Shown: positions 1-12,235 of the stretch, one piece after another | How the letters are laid out: each line of letters begins with the position of its first letter | Position numbering within the stretch: the first letter of the stretch is position 1 | Source of the DNA: Mobula hypostoma | Taxonomy: Eukaryota | Length of the DNA stretch: 64,000 nt | Reading direction: 5' to 3' | NCBI RefSeq assembly: GCF_963921235.1 | Contig: NC_086108.1 | Coordinates: forward strand, 71,612,001-71,676,000 | Program-made: the position numbers and the translations under genes | Notes under the pieces: model-generated | The model's database searches: none | Seen by the model: only the letters and a program-made list of their open reading frames with translations | Told to the model about the DNA's origin: nothing

Positions 1-1362
1 AGTTGATTTGCCATTGTCCTGTGCCTGGGGATTCATGACAATGCAGTGTTGAAAGTTACACTGAATTGGTCCCAGATGAGCTGCGTGAGGGGAGAGCTTT
101 GAAATAGGGGAAGGGGAAGAGAGAAAAGACAAAAGACAATAGTGTGGGGAGATAGGATGGGATCAGTTAGTACACTGTCTGTTTACTTTATAGTTTAAAA
201 CTATGCAGAATTTGAAACCCCACTTTGAGTTTTAACCTGGATTTTACTCCCTCAGTGAGTGGCCTACTCTTCTTATGGTCACCATTCTTTTTTCAATTAA
301 CATCTCAAAACAAAAAGTTCCTGCTGTCATTTATTTGTTGCTTCTGAACATTATTTGGCTCTTAGATTTACCAACATAACAATGCCCTGGAGGAAGGATA
401 AGCTTCAATTTAAAACTCATTTTCTGCCTTCCGCTAACTTACGGATTTTGCTATGATTGACAGCTACAGCTATGTATAGTGAGACAAAATTACACCCCTG
501 AGTCCTTTTTTAGCATGTTACCATCTTGACTGAGAAAAACATTTGGCCAATTTTAATTCTAAGTGATTCAGTAGTACCTGTGATCTCACTTGGACTACAT
601 ACTGTTTGTGTTTAAATTTGCCGTAATGGCCATTTTCAGAGAGACGAACTCTTGCTTGCTTAATGATGGGGAATGTACATTTAGAGAGTGATAGCCTCTC
701 CTTTTGTTGCTTCTGGTGGTAGAATTGATCTGTTATGATTGAGAAGGGGTAGTTATGACCCCCACACATGTAACCTATGAATCCTTGGAGCTTGGGGAAT
801 TCTGTCACTTTATAAAATTGCATACCTGCTTATGTTACCACATGCCCTTTGGAGTGGGGAAGATAAATTGCTAGCTCTGGAGAAAAATATGCTTTTGTGA
901 CTTTCTTAATGCATCCGTGCACAGCTGCTTATCTAATGTTGCAGATGTTCCCAGTGAGAACCTGGACTGACCCCGTAAAGAGTAGTCATGTACTTAACAG
1001 GCCCAAGTGGTGGTGGGCTGTAAATCAAATTGCAGCATGTGTTATTACTTAGTGACAGTTTCCAGTGGAAATCATAGCCCTTCTAGACAGTGCTTTCAAT
1101 TTAATGCAAGGAGGAAAACCCCTGCCCGAATATTCTGGTTGGACAAATTGCATTCTCACCAGCTTGGCTTCTGTCTATACTATAACCCTTGTTTCATCTT
1201 GCAGGAGATATGGGAAGAACAGAATATGCAAAGAGAGAGGAATTCTAACCATATTAAAGATGGAAATACATGTGCTCATCAGATGATGTGTTGAAGTGAT
1301 GTCATTTGCAAAGTTAAACAGTAAAATGCAACGAGGAATCAGTTATGACTACGCTTGTAAAT

Positions 1363-4300
1363 CACAAACATGAAAAAATCTGCAGATGCCAGAATTCCGA
1401 GGCAACACTCACAGAACGTTGGAGGAACTCAGCAGGCCAGGCAGCATCTATGGAAAGGAACAGTCGACACTTCAGGCCTAGAGACTTCATCAGGACTGGA
1501 AGAAAGATGATAAGTCAGAATAAGAAGGTGGTGGGAGTGAGGAAGAAGTACAAGGTGGTAGGTGAAACCAGAAGAGTGGGAGAGGGCATGAAGTAAAGAG
1601 CTGGGAAGTTGATTGGTGAAAAAGATAAAGGGCTGAAGAAGGGGAATCTGGAAGGAGAAGGTAAAAGACCAAAGGGAAGGGGGAGGAGCACCGGGGGGGG
1701 GCAGGTAAAGAGAAAGGTGAGAGAGGGAAACAGGAATGGGGAATGGTGAAGGTGCGGAGGTGGTAGAATTACCAGAAGTTTGAGAAATCGATATTCATGC
1801 CATCAGGTTGAATGATACCTGGACAGAATATAAGGTGTTTCTCCTCCAACCTGAGTGTGGCCTCATCGCAGCAGTAAAGGAGGCCATGGACTGACATGTC
1901 AGAATGGGAAGTAGAATTGAAATAGGTAGCTACTGGGAGATCCTGCTTTTTCTGGCTGACTGAGCGTAGGTGCTTGTTGAAGAGGTCTCCCAATCTATGC
2001 TGGGTCTCACCGATGTACAGGAGGCCACACCGGGAGCACCGGGTACAGTAGAAGATCCCAACAGACATACAGGTGAAGTGTCGCCTCACCTGGAAGGACT
2101 GTTTGGGGCCCTGAATGGTAGTGAGGGACGAGGTGCAGGGGCAGGTATAGCACTTGTTCCGCTTGCAAGGGGAAGTACCAGAAGGGTGATCAATGAACAT
2201 ATAGAACATAGAACATAGAATAGTACAGCACAGTACAGGGCCTTCGGCCCACAATGTTGTGCCGACCCTCAAACCTTGCCTCCCATATAACCCCCCAATC
2301 TCAAATTCCTCCATATACCTGTCTAGCAGTCTCTTAAATTTCACAAGTGTATCTGCCTCCACCACTGACTCAGGCAGTGCATTCCACGCACCAACCATTC
2401 TCTGAGTGAAAAACCTTCCTCTAATATCCCCCTTGAACTTCCCACCCCTTACCTTAAAGCCATGTCCTCTTGTATTGAGCAATGGTGCCCTAGGGAAGAG
2501 GCGCTGGCTATCCACTCTATCTATTCCTCTTAATATCTTGTACACCTCTATCATGTCTCCTCTCATCCTCCTTCTCTCCAAAGAGTAAAACCCTAGCTCC
2601 CTTAATCTCTGATCATAATGCATACTCTCTAAACCAGGCAGCATCCTGGTAAATCTCCTCTGTACCCTTTCCAATGCTTCCACATCCTTCCTATAGTGAG
2701 GCAACCAGAACTGGACACAGTACTCCAAGTGTGGCCTAACCAGAGTTTTATAGAGCTGCATCATTACATCGCGACTCTTAAACTCTATCCCTCGACTTAT
2801 GAAAGCTAACACCCCATAAGCTTTCTTAACTACCCTATCCACCTGTGAGGCAACTTTCAGGGATCTGTGGACATGTACCCCCAGATCCCTCTGCTCAATG
2901 AGGAGGGATGAATGGACAATAGAGTCATGTTGGGAGCAATTCCTGTGGAAAGTGCAAAGTGGGGAAGAGGGAAAGATGTGTTTGCTGGTGGGATCCTGTT
3001 CGAAATAGTGGAAGTTACAGAGAATTATATACTGGACATGGAGGCAAGTGGAGTGGTAGGTGAGGACAAGAAAAACCCTATACCTGGTATTGCAGTGGAT
3101 GATGGGGTAGGAGCAGATGTGTGTGAAATGGAAGAAATGCGGATGAGGGCAGTGTTGATGGCGGAGGAAGAAAAGCCTCTTTCTTTGAAGAAGGAGGACA
3201 TCTCATTAACTCTGGAAGCAGATGAGGCAGAGATGGAGGAACTGAGAGTAAGTGATGGTACCTTTACAAGTGAGAGGCTGGGAGGAGGTATAGTCCAGTT
3301 AGCTGTGAGAATCAGTACGCGTATAAAAGATATTGGTGGATAGACTGTCTCCAGAGATAGAGACAGAGGGATCAAGAAATGGGAGGGAGATGTCGAAAAT
3401 GAACCAGGTAAATTTGAGGGCAGGGTGGAAGTCGGAGGAAAAGCTGATGAAGTCGACGAGCACAGCTTGGGTGCAGGAAGCAACACCAATGCAGTTGTCA
3501 ATGTAGCAGAGGAAGAGTTGGGGAGCGGTACCAGTGTAGGCTTGGAACATGGACTGTTCTTTTAACCAACAAAAAGGCAGGCGGAGCTGGGACTTGTATG
3601 AGTGCTCTTGACTATACCTTTGGTTTAAAGAAGTGGAAGGAGCCAAAAGAGAGATTACTGAAAGTAAGGACTAGTTCTGCCAGATGGAGGAGACTGGTTG
3701 TGGAGGTGAACTGGTTGGGTCTGTTGTCGAAAAAGAAGGGTAGAGCTTTGAGGCCTTCCGGATAGAAATGGGAGTATATAAGGACTGGACATCCATAGTG
3801 AAAATGAGACGATCAGGGCCAGGGAACTTGAAATCATTGAAAAGATCAAGAGCATGTGAAGTGTCAGAGATGTGGGTAGGAAGGGACTGAACCAGGGGGG
3901 ATAAGGAAGAGTTGAGGTATGCAGATGTATGTTTGGTGGGGCAGGAACAAGCAGAAACAATGGGTCTACTTGGACAGTCAGGTTTATGGATCTCGGGTAG
4001 GAGGTAGCAATGGAAGGTGTTGGGTAGGGGAACTATGAGTTTGGTGGCAGAGGATGGGAGATCCCCAGACTTAATAAGGTTAGTGATGGTGTCAGAGACA
4101 ATGGCGTAATGCTCCTTTGTGGGGTCCTGTTTGAAGGGTAGGTAAGAGGAGGTGTTTGAGAGTTGTTAACTGGCCTCAGAGAGTTAGAGATCGTCCGCCA
4201 GACTACTACAGCACCCCCCTTATCTGTGGGTTTGATGTTGAGGTGAGGATTAGTGAGCAGAGGGTGGAGAGCAGCACATTCGGAAGAGGTGAGGTTTGAA

Positions 4301-4757
4301 TTGGAGAGAAGAGTGGTAACGTTGAGATGGTTGAAGTCTCATGGCAGGAATAAAAAGATCTGGAGTAAGTAGAAGATCTGAGCAGGGTTTCATTTTCGCT
4401 TCCCCATTCTGGCTCCATTCTTATCCCTTCTCTTCTCCTCACCTGACTATCACCTCCCTCTGGTGGCCCCCCTCCCCTTTCTCTCATAGTCCACTCTCTT
4501 CTCCTATCAGATTCCTCTTCCTTCAGCTCTTTTCCATCTGTACCCTCCCAACTTCTCACTTCATCCCCCCTCCCCACCCACCTGGCTTCACCTATTACCT
4601 TTCAGCTTGTACTTCTTCCCCTCCCCCCACCTTCTGGATTTTTCCCCTTTCTTTCTAGTCTTGATGAAGGGTCTTGGCCTGCAAAGTCGACTGTTCATTC
4701 CTCTTCATCGATGCTGCATGAACTGCTGAGTTCCTCCAGCATTTTGTGTGTGTTACA
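1363..4757 (-). mobile_element. Penelope-like retroelement (PLE), decayed, with inverted pseudo-LTR; interrupted by a CR1
   Basis: Minus-strand remnants of RT (LFLCYIDNCIG...FHPALKFTW...LPFLD) and GIY-YIG endonuclease (GIFYCTRCSRCGLLYIGETQHRLGD). Terminal repeat at about 1363-1760 recurs inverted at about 4390-4757. TTGTAAAT flanks both ends (1355-1362, 4758-4765) as a candidate TSD. Confidence 0.85.
2197..2894 (-). mobile_element. 5'-truncated CR1 LINE inserted into the Penelope element
   Basis: CR1 ORF2 C-terminus (LYKTLVRPHLEYCVQFW...LERVQRRFTRMLPG...RRMRGDMIEVYKI), (AACATAG)n tail, TCAATGA duplicated at 2190-2196 and 2895-2901. Confidence 0.92.
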
Positions 4758-4941
4758 TTGTAAATGTTGTCATTGGCACATTCTATTCCCTTCAGAGCAA
4801 TTAATAAGCCTGGATATTTGCTTTACATGAAGGGAATGCAATATGGATATAAGCTCCCATGCTATTGTTTGCAACATGCCAAGTCTCAAGTCCAGTTGCA
4901 GAACCCTGCCTTCCTGAAAAAGCACCAGCTCCTCATGCATG

Positions 4942-4943
<2 letters not shown>

Positions 4944-4986
<43 letters not shown>
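4944..4986. repeat. (AC)n microsatellite, about 21 units
   Basis: Perfect AC tract read directly. Confidence 0.97.
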
Positions 4987-4988
<2 letters not shown>

Positions 4989-5056
4989 TGCAGGCATGTT
5001 GATGTAGGCTTATATTCCTGCAGGAAGTATAAGGAATTCAATCCATTCTAGGTACT

Positions 5057-5194
5057 CCGCAAACACGAGGAAATCTGCAGATGCTGGAAATTCAAGCAAC
5101 ACACAAAAAATGCCTTATCGGCCTGAAACATCGACTGTACCTCTTTCTATAAATGCTGCCTGGCCTGCTGCATTCACCAGCATTTTTTGTGTGT
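5057..5194. mobile_element. 138 bp Penelope-derived mini-element (inverted pLTR ends)
   Basis: 12 bp TSD ATTCTAGGTACT (5045-5056, 5195-5206). Internal inverted repeat ACACACAAAAAATGC / GCATTTTTTGTGTGT. Homologous to the PLE terminus at 1363-1500. Confidence 0.85.
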
Positions 5195-7192
5195 ATTCTA
5201 GGTACTATCTACCGTAACATAGTTTTCTCTGGCAGCTGCTCCTCTTTCCTTTGTGAACATTACAACGAACCTCATAAACAAGAGGGTATGTTGTGGGAAG
5301 ACCCCACTCAAAAAAAAGCTCAAAATGTATTGAAAATTTTGTCAAGCAGATGCAGCTTTGTGCTATTGCAAGTTATTTAAATATAAAAATGTTTAAACAC
5401 AAAAGAGACTGAAAAAATAAAAGAATTAAAACTTGTGAGCAAGTAGATCTTTTACTGAAATTTTACAAAAGAAAGATAATCTAGTGTAGATCCAACTAAG
5501 CCAAATATTTTTAGAAATGCCAAAAGCTAAATGACCAATGTGTATTCCAACAATTGCTTGTATGTGATTAAACTTCTGCCATGTGTCAAGCACTTCAAAC
5601 CACTCAGAGATATAATGCAGAAGGACTTAAAATATTCTGAGGGGATTTTTGTGAACTGATACTGGCCAAAGATTTAAAATAGAAGCAACCAGCATTCTTG
5701 TTCTCAAATAGTATAATCTCAAAGAAGAGGCTACTCTTCGATGTAGTCCATTCCTCACTGGATTGAAGCAGCAATGATGTCGACTCAGCAGACTCAAACA
5801 TGTCTTCAAAATCAGCTCTGACAAACTCACCTACAATGACCCCTGTCCCATGAAACATCTTGCACTGATTGCACATTACACACACCTCTGACAATACTGT
5901 TCCAAACTATGAGTAATATTATAAAATATGACAATTACTCATTGAACCTCTCAGGCCAAACCTGGTGCAGATGTTCAGAATGGTGAAGACTGTAGCACCA
6001 TGTAAACCTGTAGATTCATAAGTGATACAGGGTAATTCTGTTACCCTATAGCTTTATTACAGGAAACAGGAAAGATAACATATAGCATCCTTCTTTGGGA
6101 CAACTAAAATCAAGCTGATCGATGAGGTTGTCATTGTAACTGAAGTTATTGTGTTCTGTTTATATCTTTTAATTTTCCTTCAAAGCATGCCCTTCAAGCC
6201 AACATTTCAAGATTCGCAACATTTTGAATCCCAGCTTTCAACTTGCGAGGCTTAATGCAGTATCTCTTTTAACATGGTCTATCCTACCATTAGCCAGGTT
6301 TAAGGTATCTTTTTTGGCCTTATTGGCATTGAACTTGCATGCTTTGTTGTGTTTTAATGTTTTGCAAAAGAGTGCATTCTTCTGTTGAATTTATTGCTCT
6401 GAAAACCAATATCTTGGAAAGTTGGCAGAGCTCAGGAAAATTTGTCGGCACCACTGATACTTGATCATGTCTTATCTACAGATAGTTCTACCAAAGTTAA
6501 TTTAAAATGCTCTAGCACTATGCTCATTTAGACTTGTAGACAAGATTGAACATAGGGGTGTATTGTTCTTATGCTTGCCTGATTCATATTCATTCCCCTA
6601 AAACAATCACATTATTGATTGTGAAAGCTTGCAATATTGTTGGGAATCATTTAACACCAATATTTTCCCATTATATTTAAACTTTCCCAACCAGAAAGAG
6701 GTTCACCAAGATTGTGAAATTCACTGTCTTTCTGGTGTGAGCTGCATGATAAAGGATTAACATTTTCTTTTGACACAGATAATAATAAATGGATCCAGAA
6801 CAGTTTTAGAAGCTTAAGAATTATTCTACATTCTTGCACAACACAGTGAGGAGAGGGAATCCGGAAATCCATTGATTCAACCAATCAACTGACTAATCAC
6901 CTGCAGAAAAAAAATCTAGACCAATCATCTGGTTAACCAAAATCAAAAATACATATACTAGAAATCTGAAATGAAAGCAGAAAATGTTGGGACCATTCTT
7001 CAGGTCAGACAGCATCTGTGGAAACAGGTTTCAAACAGCAGGTTCAAGACCCTTCACCAGAACTGACAAAGATTTTTCCATCAGAAAAAATAAATCTTAT
7101 TTCTTTTTCTACAAATACTGCTTGACTTGCCTTGTGAATATTCTGACCAATCACTTGGCTAATCATTTGACGAGTATCATGTTCAGCTGTTA

Positions 7193-7635
7193 AACATATA
7201 GAACATAGAACATAGAATAGTACAGCACATTACAGGCCCTTCGGCCCACCATGTTGTGCCAACCCTCAAACCCTGCCTCCCATATAAGCCCCCACCTCAA
7301 ATTCCTCCATATACCTGTCCAGCAGTCTCTTAAATTTCACAAGTGTATCTGCCTCCACCACTGACTCAGGCAGTGAATTCCATGCACCAACCACTCTCTG
7401 AGTAAAAAACCTTCCTCTAATATCCCCCTTGAACTTCCCACCCCTTACCTTAAAGCCATGTCCTCTTGTATTGAGCAGCGGTGCCCTGGGGAAGAGGCGC
7501 TGGCTATCCATTCTATCTATTCCTCTTAATATCTTGTACACCTCTATCATGTCTCCTCTCATCCTCCTTCTCTCCAAAGAGTAAAGCCCTAGCTCCCTTA
7601 CTCTCTGATCATAATCCATACTCTCTAAACCATAC
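7193..7635 (-). mobile_element. CR1 LINE 3' fragment, same subfamily as 2197-2894
   Basis: Near-identical to 2197-2635, including the (AACATAG)n tail; ORF 7266-7619. Confidence 0.92.
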
Positions 7636-7839
7636 TCTCTTTTATCACGCAGAAAATGTTACAGCCGATTCAATCATATTGAAATGGTCTAATCTGAGAA
7701 GAAAACAACAAATGCCTCCTGAAAACTTCCATCGTATTTCTAAGAACAGGTTAATGATAAGCTTAATGATTCCAGTTAACCTCAATTTGCAATATTTGCT
7801 CTGTCCCTTTCTAGATAGGGTATACGCTTTTATGAGTTT

Positions 7840-8560
7840 TGTTCAATCATCACAATCTGGTTTACTGTCACTGACATATGCCATGCAATTTGTTGTGTGG
7901 TGGCAGCACAGTGCAGCCTGACAAAGTACTATAACTTACAATAGAATAAATAAATGTCAAATGTTGTACGTTCTATAGTTTAAATAAATATTGCAAAAGG
8001 ATGATGATGTGTTCATGGGTTCATGGACTGTTCAGAAATCTGATAGCAAAGGGGAAGAAGCTATTCCTAAAATATGTGTAGGTCTTTGGGCTCCCGTACC
8101 TCCTCCCTGATGGCACTACTGAGAAAAGGTCATGTCCCAAGTGATAAGATGGATGCCGGAGTCTTGAGGCACCACCTCTGAAAGATGTCTTCGACGGTAG
8201 AGGGGCTTGTGCCCATGATGGAGCTGACTGAGTCTACAGCCCTCTGAAGCTGCTTACAATCCAGTGCAACTGCACCTCCATATCAGACATGACACAACCA
8301 GTCAGAATTGTCTCCACACCACATCTGTAGAAATTTGTTAGAATGTCCTCAAAGTCCTAATGAAGTATAGCCACTGGCGTGCCTTGGTCATGATTCCATC
8401 AATATGGTGGGCCCTGGATCGATCCTCTGAGATGTTGATACCCAGGATCTTGAAAGTGCTCACCCTTTTCACCACTGACCCCTCAATGAAGATGGGCATA
8501 TGTTCTCCTGACATCTCCTTCTTGAAATATACCATTATCTCTTGACTCTGAAAGGAATGG
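7840..8560 (-). mobile_element. Rex1/Babar-like LINE 3' fragment, decayed
   Basis: Translation VKRVSTFKILGINISED...KARQWLYFIRTLRTF is typical of the post-RT region; boundaries approximate. Confidence 0.7.
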
Positions 8561-8895
8561 AAGCAATAGTAAAATGTAGACTGCCTCCATATCAAAATGC
8601 TGCAGTTCCTGGAGGTGTAGATGGATGACAGTTCAGGCCTGAGCTATGTCCTGTTTTAGAGATTTTACTGCTTTTTAGTTTAAATCAGCACAATGCAGAT
8701 CAGGAATGGAACCAGGATCTTCCCATTGCTAACTCAACATACAGTGCAAACCTTGCAAATTGGGAGCGGGAGGTGGGGCTCACGAACTGTATTTGCATCA
8801 GAAGATAAAAGGAATGTAATTTTTTTAACAAAATATGTTCTTGTGGTGCATAATCATGGGGTGCATCCAGCTGGCCTGATCACTGTCTGTTTGAA

Positions 8896-10030
8896 GAGTT
8901 CAGAGTTCAAAGTAAATTTATTATTGAAGTACTTACATGTCACCTATACTACCATGAGATTCCTGTGTGTAAATACAGAGAAGCACAATATAATCAATGA
9001 AAAACTGCACACATCAACACAGGCAAACAACCTATATGTAAAATACAACAAGCTGTGCAAGTACAAAAAGACGAAAAAAATAAACAAGCAATAAGTATCA
9101 AGAACATGAGATGAAGAGACTTTGAAAGTGATTGGGTGAGTGGAGTGAAGTTATCCCCTCTGATACAAGAGCCTGATGGTTGAGGGATAACAACTGTCAG
9201 AATGGGTCCTGAGTCTCTTGTACCTCCTTCCGGAATGCAGCAGCAAGCAGAGAGCATGGTCTGGATAGCAGATGCCTTGATGGTGGACGCTGCTTTCCTG
9301 CAACAACACTCCTTGTAGGTGTGTTCAATGGTGGGAAGTGCTTTACCATGATGAACTGGGCTGTATCCACTATTTTTTGTAGGCTTTTCCGTTCAAGGGC
9401 ATTAATGTTCAATGTCATGTTCAGGCCATGATGCCATCAGTCAGTATAATCTCTGCTATGCATATATAGAAGTTAGTCAAAGTTTGAGATGACAAGTCAA
9501 ATCTTCACAAACTTCTATGAAAGTAGAGGCACTACTGTGCTAACTTCATAATGGCACTACCCAGGACAGATCCTCCGAAAAGAAAAACGTTGAAGAATTT
9601 AAAGTTGCTGACCCTCTCCACCTCTGATCCCCTGACGAGGACTGGTTTGTGAACCTCCGGTTTCCTCCTCCTGCAGTCAATAGTCAACTCTTTGATTTTG
9701 CTGACTTTGAGTGAGAGGCTGTTCTTATGTCACCACTCAGCCAGATTTTCAATCTCCCTCCTATATATTGATACAGCCAACGACAGTGGTGTCTTCAGCA
9801 AACTTAAGTATGGCAGTGGAGCTGTGCTTAGCCTCACAGTGATAAGTATAAGGTGGTTTGAGTAGTAAGCACACAGCCCTGTGGTGCACCTGTGCTGGTG
9901 CAGATTGTGGAAGAGATGTTGTTGCCAATCCGAACTGACTGGGGCCTTCAGCTGAGGAAATCAAGGATCCAGTTGCACAAGGAGGTGTGGAGGGCTATGC
10001 CTTGGAGCTTATTGATTAGTTTGAGGGGAT
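8896..10030 (-). mobile_element. Rex1/Babar-like LINE fragment, decayed
   Basis: RT remnant (YTYHCEAKHSSTAILKFAEDTTVVG), post-RT LQKIVDTAQFI, tail starting GAGTTCAAAGTAAATTTATT on +. Confidence 0.75.
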
Positions 10031-10119
10031 GTTGGAGAAAAACTTAAGTACCATATCAATATATTTGCCAACTTGTCTTTCATGATTATATTGTGGTTCT
10101 TATCACCATGGTGAAGTGA

Positions 10120-10405
10120 TTACAGGAGTACAAGAGTTAGGATGTTACATTGAAGTTGTATAAGATGTTTGTGAGGCCTAACTTGGAGTATTATGTGTAA
10201 TACTGGTCACGTACCTACAGGAACAATAACAATAAAATTGAAATATTGCAGAGAAAATTTACAATAATGTGCCAGGACTTGAGGACCTGAGTTATAGGGG
10301 AAGGTTAAGCAGTTAGGACTTTATTCCCCAGAGTGTAGGAGAATGAAGGGAGATTTGATAGAGGTATATAAAATTATGAGGGGTATAGATAGGGTAAATG
10401 CAAGC
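10120..10405 (+). mobile_element. CR1 LINE fragment, decayed
   Basis: Degenerate VRPNLEY...RRMKGDLIEVYKIMRGIDRV-like coding remnant. Confidence 0.7.
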
Positions 10406-12235
10406 TGAAATGCAATGCAAATGAGGTTGTAGAATGACGATACGCTGTCATAGGTACATAATGGTTTCCTTAGCCTTACCATAGCTTGAAAACCATGATT
10501 CAGATGGATCTATCCTTCAACCTTTTCTTATCAAACATGGGGTCAGTTGTACATGAAATGCTCACCATAACTCACTCTTAAATGAATGTGGTGAAGACAC
10601 GAATTTGATCTTTGGGTTCATGATCTGGTTTCTACTGTGTTCCATGTTCCCTGCCTTTTGTCTTTAGGTGAGAATAAAGGTTTTGAGAACTTTGTGTGTT
10701 AATCAGTGGAAGGGAGAGACAAAAGATTTCTAGACTTTAGACAGGAGTATTTGGATTCTTCACTGAATGGCTGATTGGTTTACTGCCAAATTCCTTCTGA
10801 AGTCATGACAGATCTGTGCAAGGGTTGAGTGTCAAACGACAGTGTTATGATGCTCACTCTCTCAGTCCTGCCAACGTTGGACATTAAGGGGCTGGGACTG
10901 TTAAGAAGGAAACATGAGTGGCATTAAACTATTGCAAGGAAATATATTATTAAGAACATAGAGAGTTGTATTTATTGCATAAAATATTTATTATGTATGG
11001 TTTTTCAATATAATATTTTATGCTATTGTATATAATTCTGAAAAAATATTGCACATTCATTCTATTTCAATGTATACACTCCACCCCCTACAACCTCTCC
11101 CTCCTCACACCACCCGCCTCCTCAATCTTGAGGCCAAATTGCAAACACCTCCACCTCATCTGCTTCCAGTTATCTTTTTGGGATGATGCTGATCCCCCTC
11201 TTGATTGCAGTTTATTGAGGCTGCATATTTTTTTTAAATGTCTATGATTCATGAGATGATGACTAACACTTACTCCAGGCTTTTTTTGAGGAATCCTGAT
11301 TGTCAAAGTTCATTACTAAAGAAGAATTCAGGTAGTTTGTCACACCCATTGCTCAGATTAAGATCAAGCCACCCTTTCCACCGATGCATGAATTCACACT
11401 AAACACCTGTCTCAAAGTCAACCGGATAACCAATTTTCTTCACTGAAGTAGACAGGTATAAGAAATGTAAAAGACAAGATCAGAACAGCTCCAGAGTTAT
11501 TAAGGTTGTCTCATTTCCTTCATGACACTTAATGACAGTTTGTGACTGGTTAGCCTGGTTTCGAGACGCTGGTATGTAACTGAAGACAGTCTTTCGGTAA
11601 CAATATAAAATACTGAGGGCATCACTAGGCAAGATGACGAAATCCAGATCTCAGAGTTTGCTTAAGGAAAAGTAGAAAGGCAAAGCTGCTACTTCTCTTT
11701 AACCCTGTTATTGCCTCTGATTTGTCAGACTACTTGGCTGATGTCCGTGACTGAATGAGCGGCAATTTCTCGAACAAGACATTAACCTTTGTCATTGATC
11801 CCCAACAAAACTTCTGTTTTCTAGCCACCAATTCCGCCTCTTTGCCTTGCGATTGCTTCAGACTAAACCACACGGGTTTAATTTTGGTGTTATTCTGTAC
11901 ATAACTCCAAGATGGTGTCCTGATTATCTAATGTTTTTGCATCAAACTGCTGACCTCCATCTCTTCCTCTGCTTCAGTTTATCAGTTGTTTCAACTTTAA
12001 TCTGTGCCTGGTTACTTCTAAATCTCAGTACTCCAGTGTTTCCCAAGTCAGCCTCAGATCTTCCAACAGCTATCAAATTAATGGATATCCAAAACTCTGT
12101 TACCTCTGTCGCTCACAAGAATACATACACATCTACATTGGCTTCAAATTAAACTGTCCCTCATTTTCTAACTTCTCAAATGTTTGTATTTATTTTCCAT
12201 TCACGGCCTCACAACTCTTATCCCTGAGTTTTAGG

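Noticed and set aside
518..823. 101 aa minus-strand ORF in non-repeat DNA
   Set aside because: No recognisable domain and no support; its length is compatible with chance.
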